64,000 nt of DNA from Azolla caroliniana (GCA_043228905.1 JBHGNT010000003.1:6014001-6078000), one strand, 5' to 3'; shown: positions 50,400-64,000, numbered from the stretch's first letter. The notes: generated by a model not told the origin, from the letters alone. A program made the numbers and translations.

Positions 50400-50690
50400 T
50401 TTAACTCTAAAAGACCAAGTAGGTTTAGTTGAGAAATATATGAAACTATGCAATAAAACTTTAGAACTAAGCTTTGTAAACCAATGAGAGAATATTTCTA
50501 CCAAAATCCTCCTCAATAGGATATTAATTTACTTTAGCTTAACAGGAGAGTAGAGTCCAATAAAGCAAGAGAGCTTGCAAGTGGAGCCATAGAGCTAATA
50601 CCAAGTTCAACATTTGTTGTCGAAACAGAAAAGAAAGATTAATATATGGTAGAGATTTATCTAGACTTTCTCGATTCCTTGCGTGCAAAC
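50400..50690 (-). pseudogene. TRN1-like C-terminal relic plus 3' flank
   Basis: RESLDKSLPYINL matches RDSLEKALPYINC; 50400-50540 resembles the 3' flank at 45300-45450. Confidence 0.7.
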
Positions 50691-51188
50691 GTGTTTGGCA
50701 AGTTCGATAGGTATCTCTTTTGCATGGGCTATACAATACATGAAAACGATACCTAACCTTGGGACATATAAGATCCATTTTCATCATAGGTGACTATAAC
50801 GAGGGAATGTTAATATTCAATCGCAATCGCAACAATAATGTGTGCCACGTACACAAGTTTTATGTTATACATCTAGTTTTGTTGATTTTTAAAGGAGCAA
50901 GTGTTAACGCCAAGATGCATCGTCATTTCTTTAACATTTAACACAAGAAGATGGATAAACACTCTAGTCAAAAATTCAATACGAAACATTTCTAAATGAA
51001 GAAAAGAAATATGTCATGTTCCATAAGAATATTTTGAAACTTCAAACATAAGCTTGATTGGTCTCTATAGAACACAAAAATTACCTTCATTTGAGAAACT
51101 TGTAGGGTTTTTATGCCAATGAGAAAATGTCACTATCCAAACGCATGCATGCACGCACACGAAAAAAATAAAAACCAATACTTTGATT

Positions 51189-53905
51189 TTAATTTAGTGG
51201 GAATGGTCTTCTTCCTTCATAATGTGTCTTGCATAACCATGCAACTTGAGTACCCCCATCAACTTTATTATCATAGCGGGCACGCCTCAACCGAAGCCTC
51301 TCATAGATATTTTCGTCTGTTACACCTCCATTTTGTGCCAATATGGATGCCAAACATTTTTGCCATTCCTTGAAGTGTTGCTTTGCATCAAATTCAGATT
51401 TCATAATACTCGATATAATGGAGTAACCTTTTGAAAGTTTTAGGTGGGGACTCCAATTAGGTAGTGAAAGCCCCGTTGAACTTACTATACCTACTCTAAT
51501 AGCTTTAGTCAAAAGAAGAACGAAACAATTAATATAAGGAAGAGCTTTTTCTAGGCTATCTCGATGAGACTCTAACCAAGAGGTGAGGGTGATTCCATTT
51601 TGGTTTTCCACTTGGTGTGGCCCGGTTGGATCCTCACAATACAAATGGAGTTCAACTACTGATATTCCTAACATTGAAGTCACAAATTTCTTTATATTCT
51701 TGTCATCGATAGTTGTAAGGATGGCCACTTGAGGAAGTTGCTTCTCTGCCTCATTCTCCATAGCTAACCTCAATAACTTACCTAAAGATTTCTCAATGTT
51801 GGTTATAACATATCTTCTCAAACATTGAAATTCTTGATGAAGTTCTCTCCTCATTTCATCCACTTTCCCTAAGACCTCATTATGATTGGCATCTAGCTTT
51901 TGATTTAAAATTGAGATTACCTTTGCCATGACCTTGATAGATCGAACTTCAGCATCAGTTGCCTCCTCCAATATTTGATCCTCTAGATGTTGTAATAAAC
52001 TATTTTCCAAGCTTTTGGTGGTCATATTTTGTTGGTATTGTTGCTCCCTAGATACATTGATTTCATCATTCTCAGCATACAAATATTCTGTCGTTTCCTT
52101 GAGCCATGCTTGACATGAAATAAGAACTTCCCTGTAATTCTCGAAACCAAGGAGATCAATGAAATTATTTTGTAGAGGATGAGGCGTTTGCCTTGCCCAT
52201 TTCCATTCATAAGATTCTGCCTCACCTTGTAAAAGCTTCCTTCTTAATTGTTCTTTTAAATATATTATTTCCACACATTGATCTTCTCTATCTTGTGCTC
52301 TTGACGGATCATGTAAGGAGTCAGGTCGGATAACGCTCTCGATTAGCTTAACCCCTTGGATGCCAGTAGGTTGTGCGCAAATTGTAACCAAAGTGTTGAT
52401 GACACACTTTAATTCCATATCAACTAATGTTGCCGATGTATGATGTTGACTATTGTTTGGATTATTAGCCCGAACCAATACATCTATCACATGCTCTGAT
52501 TTTGCTTGGCAGAACACGACGATGATCTCCTTGTTCGAAAAGCAAATGGATATGAAATTTTTTCCCAACATGACATTAGCTTTATATTCCTCCTCGAGTG
52601 GTTGGAAGGCTTTGTTGAGTAACACTTGAACCCTCGGAAACAATCCTGGTGTAAGGAAGGTGTGGTTCTTGTCTTCACACTCTAGCCTTCTACCCATATA
52701 CACAAATGTATCATCATCTACATTATGCTTGTTAGTACATCTCCATTGGAGTTGCTCCAAACCTAACCCATCCGTCAATAAGGTTGGGATAAATATATGA
52801 TCCACGTTGCTACTAGGAACAAAAAGGTCAATGGTGACTCTGCAACAGAGGTGCATTGCTTCCATCAAATCCAAAAGTAAGGTGCCCTTCACTTTAGACC
52901 CAGCAACCAATTCCAAGCACTTCTCTAGAGAATCTCTTGGGGTGCATCCATTGGTAAATACCATGATACTCTTGGATGCTTTAGAGTTTGAGAAATTAAT
53001 GAGGCCTCCCATGACTTGATTGCAGAACCAATTGGGATTGAGAATGATGTGGCTAAAGCCATTTATGTATATGATGTTACCGGACTCGTTCAAGCATAGG
53101 GCGATAGCCTTCAATTTAGCATCGTCGTTAGGAAAATGGAATGGATAGCATATTTCGCCAAATTTCTCCCACGTGATGACTCCCTCATTTGTTTTCTTCG
53201 AATGCTTCGACAACCGTTTGTGTATCTGTGTCCACATGTTGTACACCTGAATACCTTGGAGCATGTCTTTGGCGATGACGAAGATGTGCTCTGCTATAGG
53301 TTTGACGGAATCCTTGTTTCTGGCATCCACGTCGAAAGGAGGATTGAAAATGTCAATCACCCCTTTGAAATCTGATCGAAGTGAATCAATGAAAGGGGAG
53401 AGAGCGCTGGAGGCAGACACCATTTGGTCTGCTCGTGTGAATACCACCATCACTCTGAGGGCAATGTTGGATTGTCTACATTTGGAAGCAAGGAATCTGA
53501 GCCAGTACCTGAAGCTTGCTTCGAAGTTCTTCTCATTTTTCACCGCTCCTTTCTTGCGACTTTTACTGTCAATCGGGCTCCAAACGAACATGAACATAGA
53601 TGGGAGCTGATAAGAGCTGCTTCCAATGTCCGGGAACATGCAATCGTGGAATGCGTGGAACTCTGATTGGCCTGCCATGTCCCACAATGACACTTTAATT
53701 CCATCCTTTTTGAGGGCTCCGACCTCGATTCCTTGTGTTCGACCTTGTGTGGCAAAGAGTGGCCTCGTAAACTTATCTCTTTTACGAATGCTATACATAG
53801 AACGCATGGTGGATAAAAGGGTGGTCTTCCCTGAACAAATAAATCATGCACTGCAAGTGTTAGTGTTTAAGCTTTATGAATGTAGCATGTCAACTGATTT
53901 CAATG

Positions 53906-53943
<38 letters not shown>

Positions 53944-55106
53944 CGTGTGCTTTTCCTGCCTGCAAATGGATCTCCGCAGATGAACAATCGCAAGGAAGTG
54001 GCAGGTACTCGTGTCGAATCCAATCCCAACAAGAAATTGCGTTGGTTCCTTTCAAGCTGGGCCTCAATAGCCAGGTTGTTCCTACTTCTAGTATGGTGTT
54101 GAATTTCAAGGAAAGGTAGGCCGGAGCGAGAAAGTGCATCCACCACCGCAGCAGTCGCAGACCGGCTTAACTCATTTGTAATGCAACCTAATTCAAGGCT
54201 GTATAATTGAGGAGGAGATGAAGGGAGTGTGCTGCCAGCTGTCTCCGCCCCCTTCTTTGGCGGTGCCAGCTGATCCATGAAATCCATTAGCTCCTCCTCC
54301 TTTCTCCCGCCCCAACTGATTAGAGAGAGCTCTTTGAGCTGCGGCCAGTGGCGCAGGAAACCGGTGCTCCTTCTCCAGTCAATGGAGTGCCAGGAATGAG
54401 TGTGCAGTCTGTGGAGAGAGGCTGCGAGGGGTGAATGTGAGGGATGAAGCTCCGCCAATTTCACCGCCAAATCTTCATTGGAAGATACTCTCACATCGTG
54501 GAGGTGGAGGGATGTGAGGGAGGTGAAGTTGCGTAACACCTCCACGCACTCATCGGTAATTTCCACTCCCCCCTGAAAGGAGAGATGTTTGAGGCGTTTG
54601 TTTTTCTTGAGGGCGCATAGAAGACCATGAACATCCCTGAATTTTCCTGCGCTGATGAGGAGGCTGCTGGGGCCCGCATGACGATCTGCAGCGAGAGAGA
54701 GAGCCTCCACCCAACCCCTCTCCTCCTCTTCCCTGAGATTCCGGAGGAGATGGACAGCTCGTCCGGTGAGATTGGCGGCAGCCGTGAGGATGGTCATCCG
54801 TTGTTGTTGTGAGGACATGGCATGATATCTGAAATCGAACATCATGTCTCTGCTCCCCCATTCCCAACCTCCTTCTTCACCATATGACGCATGATCTGTC
54901 GGGAATTTGGAGTTGACAATGAAGAGGTTCTCAACACTGGCGAGATTAATTAAGTCTAGATCATGATTAGAGGTTGAGGTTGAGGTTGAGATTGAAGAGA
55001 GTTTGAGTAGAGCTGGTCGCGATTTCTCCAGCCCTTCTCTCATCTCATGGGGTTCCCACCTTGTGAGGATGAGTTTGTGAGGGGGTCGGGGGTGCTCCTC
55101 CTCCAT
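51189..55106 (-). CDS. TORNADO1-like LRR-Roc-COR (Roco) GTPase, 2 exons (55106-53960, 53830-51189), ~1262 aa
   Basis: Exon 1 has degenerate LRRs (LKHLSF, LTSLHL, LKELSL) and LRLFICGDPFAG. Splicing restores GDPFAGKTT. G3 WDMAGQ, G4-like VFTRAD, COR (LNPNWFC, LMEAMHLC), and a TRN1-type tail (LHLYCE, VAWLCKTH). Likely a divergent paralog rather than the TRN1 ortholog. Confidence 0.9.
53831..53959 (-). other. GC-AG intron (129 bp) containing a (CT)n tract
   Basis: GCAG|gcagga...ttgttcag|GGAAGACCACC gives an in-frame A-G-K-T-T junction. Confidence 0.8.
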
Positions 55107-55183
55107 GGGGGGTGGGAGACGGATGAATTTCAGAAAAAGAAGAGAAGAGAATGCACGGATTTAAAAAAACGAGGACTAATGTA

Positions 55184-55220
<37 letters not shown>

Positions 55221-55839
55221 ATAGAAAGATGTGTGGACTGAGGTTTCTTTTTCCCTTTCCTTGCCCTCCATCCTATCCATGCATGGTGTATGTAGTTATG
55301 TTGGTTGACGTTTCTCAGCAATCGATGATGTAGTAAGTTTATCTCTTCATTAGCGTGTTTGATGAAACTCGGTTGAAACTATATTTGAATGGTTCAAATT
55401 ACAATACATATTCAATATGAGTGAGAAAAAGACGAATTTCATTGATTGATGCACATAACATTTACAATTCCTTTTAGCATCTTCGTCTTCTAGCAAAAGT
55501 CTCTTATACAAAAGTCTTTTCAATTTAGCGTCGTGTTCCCTTTTACGTGCATGACTTTTTGGTTGGCCTCTAAGGAAATTTGAATAAGATGTTGGTCATC
55601 TCGTGGGTCATCTAAATAAAAAAGGATTGTGTATGTAAATAGAGGATAGAAATGTAGAAAGAACTGAGGTTATTTTATAGTTGTAAAATTAGGTCTAATA
55701 TTAACATATGCCATTGTATGTATTAATTCCCATTACATACGACAAATGTAAGTTAATGAGGAATGAATGTACAAGTTAAGGGTCAATTTGCCTTTGTACC
55801 AAATTTTCCCTTAGGTCTAAAAACAACCTACCCAATGTA

Positions 55840-56730
55840 GCCAACCCCCAACAAGATGAAGGTAAAACCAAGATTTGTGATAGTTGTTCCTTTCTTCAAC
55901 GCCTTCCCCATTTGCATAAGCATACAAGATTGTTCGTAATGGGTAGCAAAGAGAGCCTTTCAATGGTGCATTAGCCATATTTTCGCAATGCATGGACATT
56001 GGAGTTCTCGAGTTCCCTCATAACCAAAATGTTGACACTTACACCAAGTAGTTCATTATCTAAACCCACATGTTGTAATGCTTTAGTTCCATCTGCATAA
56101 GATTCTAACATCAAACTATCGGACCTTTAGAAAAATCTCTCTAAACAATTCAGACAATGAAATCATGCTAGTGTTCTTGCATGCGTTGTGGGTGCAAATG
56201 ACTACACATGTAGCATGTTGGTGAAGTGGCACACATACATGTATGTTGGCAAAAGTTTTGTAGTCTTCCTATCTATTGGCCTTTGGTGAGGGAACTACGT
56301 AAGTAGGACATTCCACAAGGAAAGGTCAATTGGGTCATCCTAGTGTGGTGAACCCTCCAAATGCAACTATACATTCACAAATCTTAGACATCTTATACCT
56401 AAAGAGTCATGGCAGATTATGTTAGGAGAAATGTATGGTTTAGGTGGTTTTTTAAATGTAGCTATGCTTTTATATGGATTTGCGATGAATTTGCAAATTG
56501 GTTTAGGCAATAAAAGGTGTCGAAGATATGATGGAAAGGAGGGTTCATAATGTTAATCACCTTTGAAATCTGATCGAAGTGAATCAATGAGAGGTGAGAG
56601 AGCGTGTGAATACCATTTGGACTGCTCCATATCCGGTCAATGGGATTATAGGATCTTATATGGAGTTTAGAAACTCCGAGAGTGGGCATGAGGGATGAAA
56701 CTCTGCCAATTCTGCAACAGAATCAGAAGA
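55840..56730 (-). pseudogene. Collapsed TRN1-like relic and flank; partly an inverted match to 4815-5000 and 5830-5960
   Basis: 56550-56630 matches Roc 53355-53430; 56690-56730 matches exon 1 at 54439-54488; 55850-55960 (ANGEGVEERNNYHKSW) mirrors 5850-5960; 56200-56395 mirrors 4815-5000. Confidence 0.7.
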
Positions 56731-57711
56731 TACCAATACAAACAGAAGCTCAAGGGTAATGACACAATGATTTATAATGTTCAACACAATCGTGGGACTA
56801 ACAGGGCATTACAGGGCCCATATGATCCGAGTGTAATTAAAGAGTGGATAAAAAGTTGAAAAATGAGTCAAAACCTTTGAAGCACATAATAAATAATAGC
56901 ATAATGTCATTTTTAGTGAAAGATAACAAGTTTACTAAGACGCTGCTTTATGTTTTGTACATGTAAACACTTCTTTAATTGAGGCTCATCTTAGTTAGAA
57001 AAGGATTACTTTATTGTTTTGTATCGGGTTGTTGGGCTCCAATTTGGTAAAAAAGGTTTCTCATTCATTCACTTGGTCCAACTTCATGTTTTTTAGATGG
57101 AGCATAGTTAAAGTTTGCTCTTCCTAACCATTTACCTTCATTACTATTTCATTTCTTCATTAGCGTGTTTCATGGAAAGGCAATTGACACTATTTGAATG
57201 TAAAATGACAAAATAATTTCAGTATGAATGAGACGACAAGACTTTTAATAATTCTACGATGTTGTGTTTCATGGTTTTGGCATCTTGGTCTTCTCTCACA
57301 TTGATGTTTACTTGTATCATAAAGTCAAAATTTTTGGGCATGTTAATCATCTTTTAAAGTGCAATGCCCCGTTTCCTTTTCCTTCCATGACTTGTGATTT
57401 GACTCTAAGAAAATTGAAGGAGATCTCCACTTCTCCATATTAGTGACCTTGATCAAGTTGTAGATGCATTTCAACAATGAAGCCCAATGGTTTTGTAGAA
57501 GGAATTTCTTGTTGGAGTTTGAGCATGTAACGGATTTCAGTGTGCCTGTAGAATAACTACTTAATTGGTGGTGCTTGTTTAGATTGGTTGCATCATTGTC
57601 TAACCTTTTGTTGGTGAGATGGGTGGCATTGAGTGTCAATCACTTTGGAACTACAATTCTATAAACTAGCTACGAAGCATATCTAATCTTATTGTGGGCA
57701 ACAATTGCTTT

Positions 57712-57832
57712 CACTTGACTTAACTAGACAAGGAAATAATTACTTCCATTTGAATTAACTAGACTAGGAAACAATTACTTTTACTTGAATTAACTAGACT
57801 AGGAAACAATTACTTTTACTTGAATTAACTAT
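57712..57832. repeat. ~33-bp tandem repeat, about 3.5 copies
   Basis: ttgaattaactagactaggaaacaattactttac units. Confidence 0.85.
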
Positions 57833-60800
57833 GACTAAATCACAAAGAGACTTTATGATGTTTCTATGTACTCGATAGAAGAATGAAGAGATGAAAAAAC
57901 GCTAACACGATCAAGCTTCATCTTAATCAAGATTAGGTAGAGAAAATTATTGTACAATTCCATTGTAACTTATAATTGGATTGAATATATATTACTCACT
58001 ATCGTGATAAACGTAGTATTTGATTTCATATATGTAGTTAACAACACATGTTTTGTCGACGGTTAAAAATATTGTGAAGTAGATGATGCAATAGCTTGTT
58101 TCATCATACACAAAATTTGGGTTTCCTTTTCCATCTTCCATAATTTATTGTGCCCATTCATCGCCACGATATTGGCATAAGGCATGACACGAGCCATCTT
58201 TTCATAATTTCCTCCATATAATCCAACTCTTTGACTTCTTCTATAAGAGCGCCAACTTTGGCTCCAACCGAAGTGAGCTGGTTCATTTTGTCCAATTGTG
58301 TCTTCATCACACATACTTCCTCCACTTGGTTTTGCTCATTTATTGGTAGATTGATAGATATGCATGGATATATGTATGTATGTAAAATTCTGTGTTAGCA
58401 CTTAGCTTGTCAAGGTAAAATAAGAGAACTGTTTTTGGGTGTTTGCCAATGAGTATTCGTGTGCTATATCCATCTATTTTATGCAGACATATCAAGACTT
58501 TGCAAGAATGTTCTTCTTAGGTCTCTGATCAATGAGAGACATTCACCTGTTGGCATATTAGTTTATCATACCCTCTCCTGATAAGGCTATCAATCATCCA
58601 AAATCAGCATTGCTGCTACATTCAGTGAAAAAGTCAGAAATACTTCCTATATCTGGGGATCTCGTATAATAAGTGACAAGTGAAATAGGGATCATTGTCC
58701 CAGAACTGAAAGCACTACATTTCAATGCACCAAGTGAACAACATGAAGAGTAACTAAACCTTTTACAATGCAACATAGAATTCTTTTCCACATGAGCACG
58801 TTTCCGAGGAGGTTTGGATAAAGTTGTCTCAGAATGCATTTTCTGTGTTGCTTCATTCATCCTTAGGAGGTGGGATCGATGAGGGTAGAGATAAGCTCTC
58901 TAAAGTGACGGGAGGTGCTCTTAATCCTAGAGGATAATATGCGTTTGTCGCAAGTAACTTGTTGTGTATCCTTTTAGCATTGTCTATTAGAATAGCTAAA
59001 ATCTCTATTTGATTTACTGATAATTTGATTCATGAGATTAGGGAATTGTTTACCGTTGATAGAAAATTCTCTATTTGACTCACTGATAATTTGATTCATG
59101 AAACTAGGGAATTGTTTACTGTTGATAGCATTCTGGTTTTAGCATTATTGTGGGATTCAAGAATCACTAACCTTTGTTTTACTTAAGCTCAACAATGCCT
59201 AAACCACGTGTACTACAAGAGTCAAAATCGTATTTTTTATAAGACTCATGAACATCCCTGATGCGTGTTCTTTCACAATCAAAACCTACAACCCATGATC
59301 TTTTTTGTGAAAGATGCGTAAATAAGCCAAACCCTGTTTCCTATAAGACACACATGAGCACCCTGTTTTCCATAGAATTCATAAATTCCATAGAATCACA
59401 ATTTGAGCTGATAGAATTCATGAATACTGCAAACACTGAAGCCGAAATCGTTTTTATAGTATTCAAGTGTACTTACTGTAAACCTAATTTCAACGAGATT
59501 GAAAAACAACATAAATAATGTTTTTCATTCTTGCTCATTGTGAACCATCTCGATTCCTGACTATGGAGATTTGTTTTGTGGTCAATTAGGTCAAATATAT
59601 CTTTCAATATTCACGGCCATGTAGCACTATGTTCCCGTCAATGTGTTGGAGATAGATTCTTGGGCCACATTACCACAATTTGAAGCTTATGCATTCTTGG
59701 TGAGCCTCTTTTATGTTCTCATAATAATGCATCTTCTACTTTGGACTCAGTGTATCTAGACTTCTACCACAATCAATTGTTGGGGCCATCTATTTTCAAT
59801 TGATTTGATTGTGATAACTCTGCATTTTTTTTTCTACTTTTGTCTAAATGAGAACCCAATGTTTTCTCAACAGTTTATAAACATTAATTTTATGGATGAC
59901 ATTAATGGTCTGCATTTTCAACAAGAAGGTACACAATCTCCTAGACTCATATCTTCTTATCGAGAGTTTCAACCTACTCGTGTTACTTGTAATGCCCATT
60001 TGTTTACATTATCTGCTTATTGTTACCATTCATGATAATCCCTTATTCCATTCATGATGCTCGAAACCCAGATGGGAACGAAATAAATGTTTACAGTTGT
60101 AATAGACAACCACAGGCGTGAGGGGGTACAACCGGTTGCAAGAGAACAATTGGCGTACTATGTTGAATGACTGAGTACGCTAATTACTTGGGGTAACTTG
60201 GTCTACAAATGGAAAGGTGATAGAAGATGGATGTCTGGTGGGTGTTTGGCCCTTAGAATTGGAGCTAAGCTCAAAAGTAGCTTAGGTACAAAATGAGACA
60301 TGGTTGAATGAAATACATTTTGTGGTACATTTCTCTAGATAAGCTCAAACCTTATAGGTGTGCATATCAAAGCATGTTCATCTATTGATAGACCTCCTCC
60401 ATCAAGTACTTGGTCCCAAGTACCACCTGTAGCCATTAACGCAGTTCATTCTTTTTCTCCGTACTGCAAACTTCAAAATGTTGTGCATATATGCAGAGGT
60501 TTGTCTTTATAAATAGGGAGTAGCTCCTTCAGGTGACCGTCTCTCATACCCACTCATCACCATTACCTGATCCCCGAGACAAATACAAAAGTGGAACAAA
60601 TTAACCGAATTATCCAAATCCACACATTACCATGCATTTTGCATATAAGAACAAAAGGAGAACACTAGAAATACTTGATTAACATATAGCATGGGATCAT
60701 CTTATACGTTAATTAAGTTTAGAATCTGTTGAAAAATCATCTTACACAGGGGATCCTTGATAGTCATGAAATTTCCATATACAATCAGTTCCAAAAGTAA

Positions 60801-63359
60801 TGGTGATCAACTTCACGCTAGTAAACCAGTAGTCTACCTGAACCTTCAATTTGCACAATTTCTATTCAGGTATTGTTTATGGCTCTTCTTTTATAAAGGA
60901 GCAAATCGTTCCAATTGCGAGGAATAAAACATAGCAACCACCAAAGCATACTTCACCCAACACCATGAAAGTCTCCTCTCATACTCCCTACCCCAAAACC
61001 AAAGGTGAAAGCAGTGGTGCACGCCGCCTCCGAGCAGCCATGAAGGGGCTGAGCTCTCCTCTATGTATCTTTACATATACATAGAGGAGATAGATAGATA
61101 ATCAATATATATATACATGTAACACAACCCTACCTCCAAACTGACGCAAAACAGTTGTCAGAATGCCTAGAAATGCTCATTGAATCAGAGGAAGGGATGC
61201 AGCCAAACGTAGCACAACCCTACCTCCAAACCAAAGCAAAAGTAGTTGCTGAGAGTGCCCACAAATGCTCTCTGAATCAGACGGAGGAAGTTGAAATGCG
61301 GGAAGAGAGGAGAAGAAAGAAGCACAATAATATACATCAAGCTCTGTAAGTCACCATCATTGATTAACTGCTCCAGCAACTCTTATTAGACAGCGGCAAG
61401 CTCTATAGCCACATGACGAGACATAACCATTATACAGTGAACAAATTCTACTACAACATTATACAAGTAGAGTAAGCGGAACATGAGTAAGAACAAGGAA
61501 AATGACTACACGCAAGCGAATGAGGAGGCTTTGCTACATGATAAATCAACTATTAAGAGGAAATGTGAACACATCCACAAACATAGAGAAGATCAAAGAG
61601 ACTATACTTGCATATTATATAGTGTACTACATAAGCAACTACTTCTCCAACAAAAGACAATAAAAGTTCTGAGTTAACCACCACATAAGACGATACCCCA
61701 GAGAGAGATCAGAGAGAGAGCAAGAAAAAATTTAAAAAAGCCATATCCTTCAGGAACGCAAAAAGCCATATCCTTCAGCAGCAATCGTGCAGAGGAAGTG
61801 GTAAGGGAAGAAGAGGAAGCAATTTAGGCCGTCGTATTAATCCATCCACTTTATCTATGAACCTCAAAACTACCGCCAAAACTAATGGCGATTGCCATCT
61901 TTAGATACATATGATTCACCATAATGCTTATGTGTGTGTCTTATTTGAAGATTGTTTTATGTAAATAATATGGGAGGAAATGTAGAGTACATGATTTGTG
62001 AAGGGTGCACCATATTGCTTATGCATTCATATAACAAGACATGTTTTTCACGGTTATTCTTTTTTAAGTTTCGTTTTTTATTTAAAGAAACGATCCATGT
62101 ATGTATGTAGAGCTAAGGACCCCTTTGACCAAATGGAGCATTTCATTCGGCTCCCTTTCAAGAGTATGTGGTTTTATAGGTATTGTGAACTTATGTGGTG
62201 ACAATGATCAAGTGTAATGAAGAATAGGTTTGTTTGTGCCACAATTTGTACAAGGTCGATTGTGGTGTGCATATCTTTGTATGCAAGGTTAACATTTATG
62301 AGTACAAAATCCAAATTTCGCCCTATTCATTTTCTAGTAGATTTTCATCACTCCCTTTTTGGGGTTCTGTTGTTATCATAATTGTCACAATAATAAGAAA
62401 ACATATGCAGGATCCATTTGAATACGTTATTAATGGGATACAAAGACCAATACTCCCCATGATTAGAAATGAAAATATTATTGCATGTGTTTTTCATTGA
62501 AAGATTTAGTTCTTCTGATCTTAGAAGCAATTATATGATACTAATACAAACTCGATTATTTGCATCTTATTGTTTTGATTAACGCTTTATATCTTTCATG
62601 TGCTTGGGCATAATTCTTTAGTATAGTCTTAGCCTTTAAACACACAAAAAATATGGGACCTTTTTAAGAACCACTAAGAATCCATAAGTAAAAGTACGGT
62701 CATCGTTTTATTTGATGTTTAAACTTTTCATTGAGCTATAAGGGTGGGTGTCAATGTTCAATAGACCACAAAAAACGATAGATTTCTCATTCTATACAAT
62801 ATTTCGTCATAGTAAAAAATAAGAATTGCAATAGGTTACAAAGATATTCCATCAAAAGGCTATGTAGAGACATAAATTATGAACAAAAAGAAATGTACAA
62901 GTGACTAGTTTACAAATATCTATGGCCAAAAAACGAGGGTGTACCTCTAACAAACCCATGAGATTATGTATGATAGTGTTATTATTTTTGTAGTATGGTT
63001 GTTATTACCCAACAAACTAGGCATAGATTCAAATTGATGTTGTCTTTGACACAATCCAGACAATGGCTATTTTATTATATGAGCTAAGTTTTCAATTAGG
63101 TCTATAGTATGTGGCAAATACCTACGCAAGAAATTGAGCAAGACAAAAGTTTTGGTGTGTATTTGTTTAAGGAATTATCTATGGGAATGATCATGTTAAA
63201 GTTATTATGGATTATGACGTGCCACGCCCATAAACTCTTCTTGGTAATGAAAAGTGTATATTTTCATTTAGCAACACAAGGATTGGTAGTTGGATTGGTG
63301 TGTACCTTCATTTGGCAACACAATGAAAAGCTTATGCTACACAACACAATGAAGAAGCA

Positions 63360-63950
63360 TTATGCCTTTTGCATTAACAATGAGACTAATGATACTACCC
63401 AAAGCAGATTATGCATCTAATCTTTCACAATTTTGGTAGAGCATCATGTGTATTTTAACAAAGAAATAAACATGTAATGCTGGATTCACTCTCATTCGCC
63501 AAGAATTCTCAAACAAGTTTTCTTGCTACTAGATGATTCTCTTCTTATTCCTTTGTGCAAAAGGGGCTACATATGTGCTTAGAAATCAATGTTGTCACCC
63601 CTTTGGGGATGGGATGGATTATACTATAGACTTCATACTAATTTTGTGACTTGGTCTTGAGATTATTCAGCGAAATTTAAAATATAAGTTCAAGAAATGT
63701 TCTTGGAAATGTGATACCCCAATTGCAAGTTGATGTGATTGCTTCCTTGAGATTGTGGATATGCAAGGATTAGTGGGACCCCTTCACAATTTAATGTCCT
63801 CATTTATGTATATTACATCAAAGGCTACGTATACGTAGCATTGTAAAGACATTGGCACTGTTGTGCGTAAGAGAATGGGCTATTTTCAAAAGTATCCATG
63901 TATAAAATTTGAACGAGTTTCTATTGATTTTATAAGAGGAAGTGCTTACA
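63360..63950 (+). repeat. Direct diverged copy of 44750-45180 (3' flank of TRN1-like copy B)
   Basis: Shared tctttcacaattttggtagagca, ctcattcgcc, tcttgagattatt.agcgaaatttaaa and aatgttcttggaaat blocks. Confidence 0.85.
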
Positions 63951-64000
63951 CGTATAAATCATCATGCCCTACTAATGCTTTCTCCAAGCTACATTGAAGT

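Noticed and set aside
51189-55106. Naming the gene TRN1, or treating the 410-aa and 872-aa ORFs as two genes
   Set aside because: It is too divergent and multi-copy to assert orthology, and splicing joins the ORFs into one intact P-loop.

Overview
Repeat-rich eukaryotic nuclear DNA, most consistent with a non-seed land plant (fern-like; inferred from the element and gene types, not proven). Two apparently intact host genes are visible. One is a two-exon TORNADO1-like LRR-Roc-COR (Roco) gene (55106-51189, minus strand, ~1262 aa) whose GC-AG intron splits the P-loop. The other is a 271-aa ORF (2201-1386) resembling a fungal-type PD-(D/E)XK fold with altered catalytic residues. Around them are at least five degenerate TRN1-like copies or fragments, linked by direct and inverted segmental duplications. 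One copy is fused in frame to a gypsy gag behind an LTR. The middle of the window is nested transposons. A minus-strand L1-like LINE carries a full Ty1/copia element and a poly(A)-tailed insert. There is also a second LINE, a full Ty3/gypsy element (tRNA-Trp PBS, candidate -1 frameshift pseudoknot), two hAT-type MITEs, a long-TIR Pack-MULE-like element holding an RRM fragment, and older copia and gypsy relics. The most unexpected signal is that the LTRs of two different gypsy families both carry an antisense tRNA-like A-box/B-box cassette with identical spacing, followed by CATGCA repeats and the TATA box. All calls come from reading the sequence by eye; no database searches were run.
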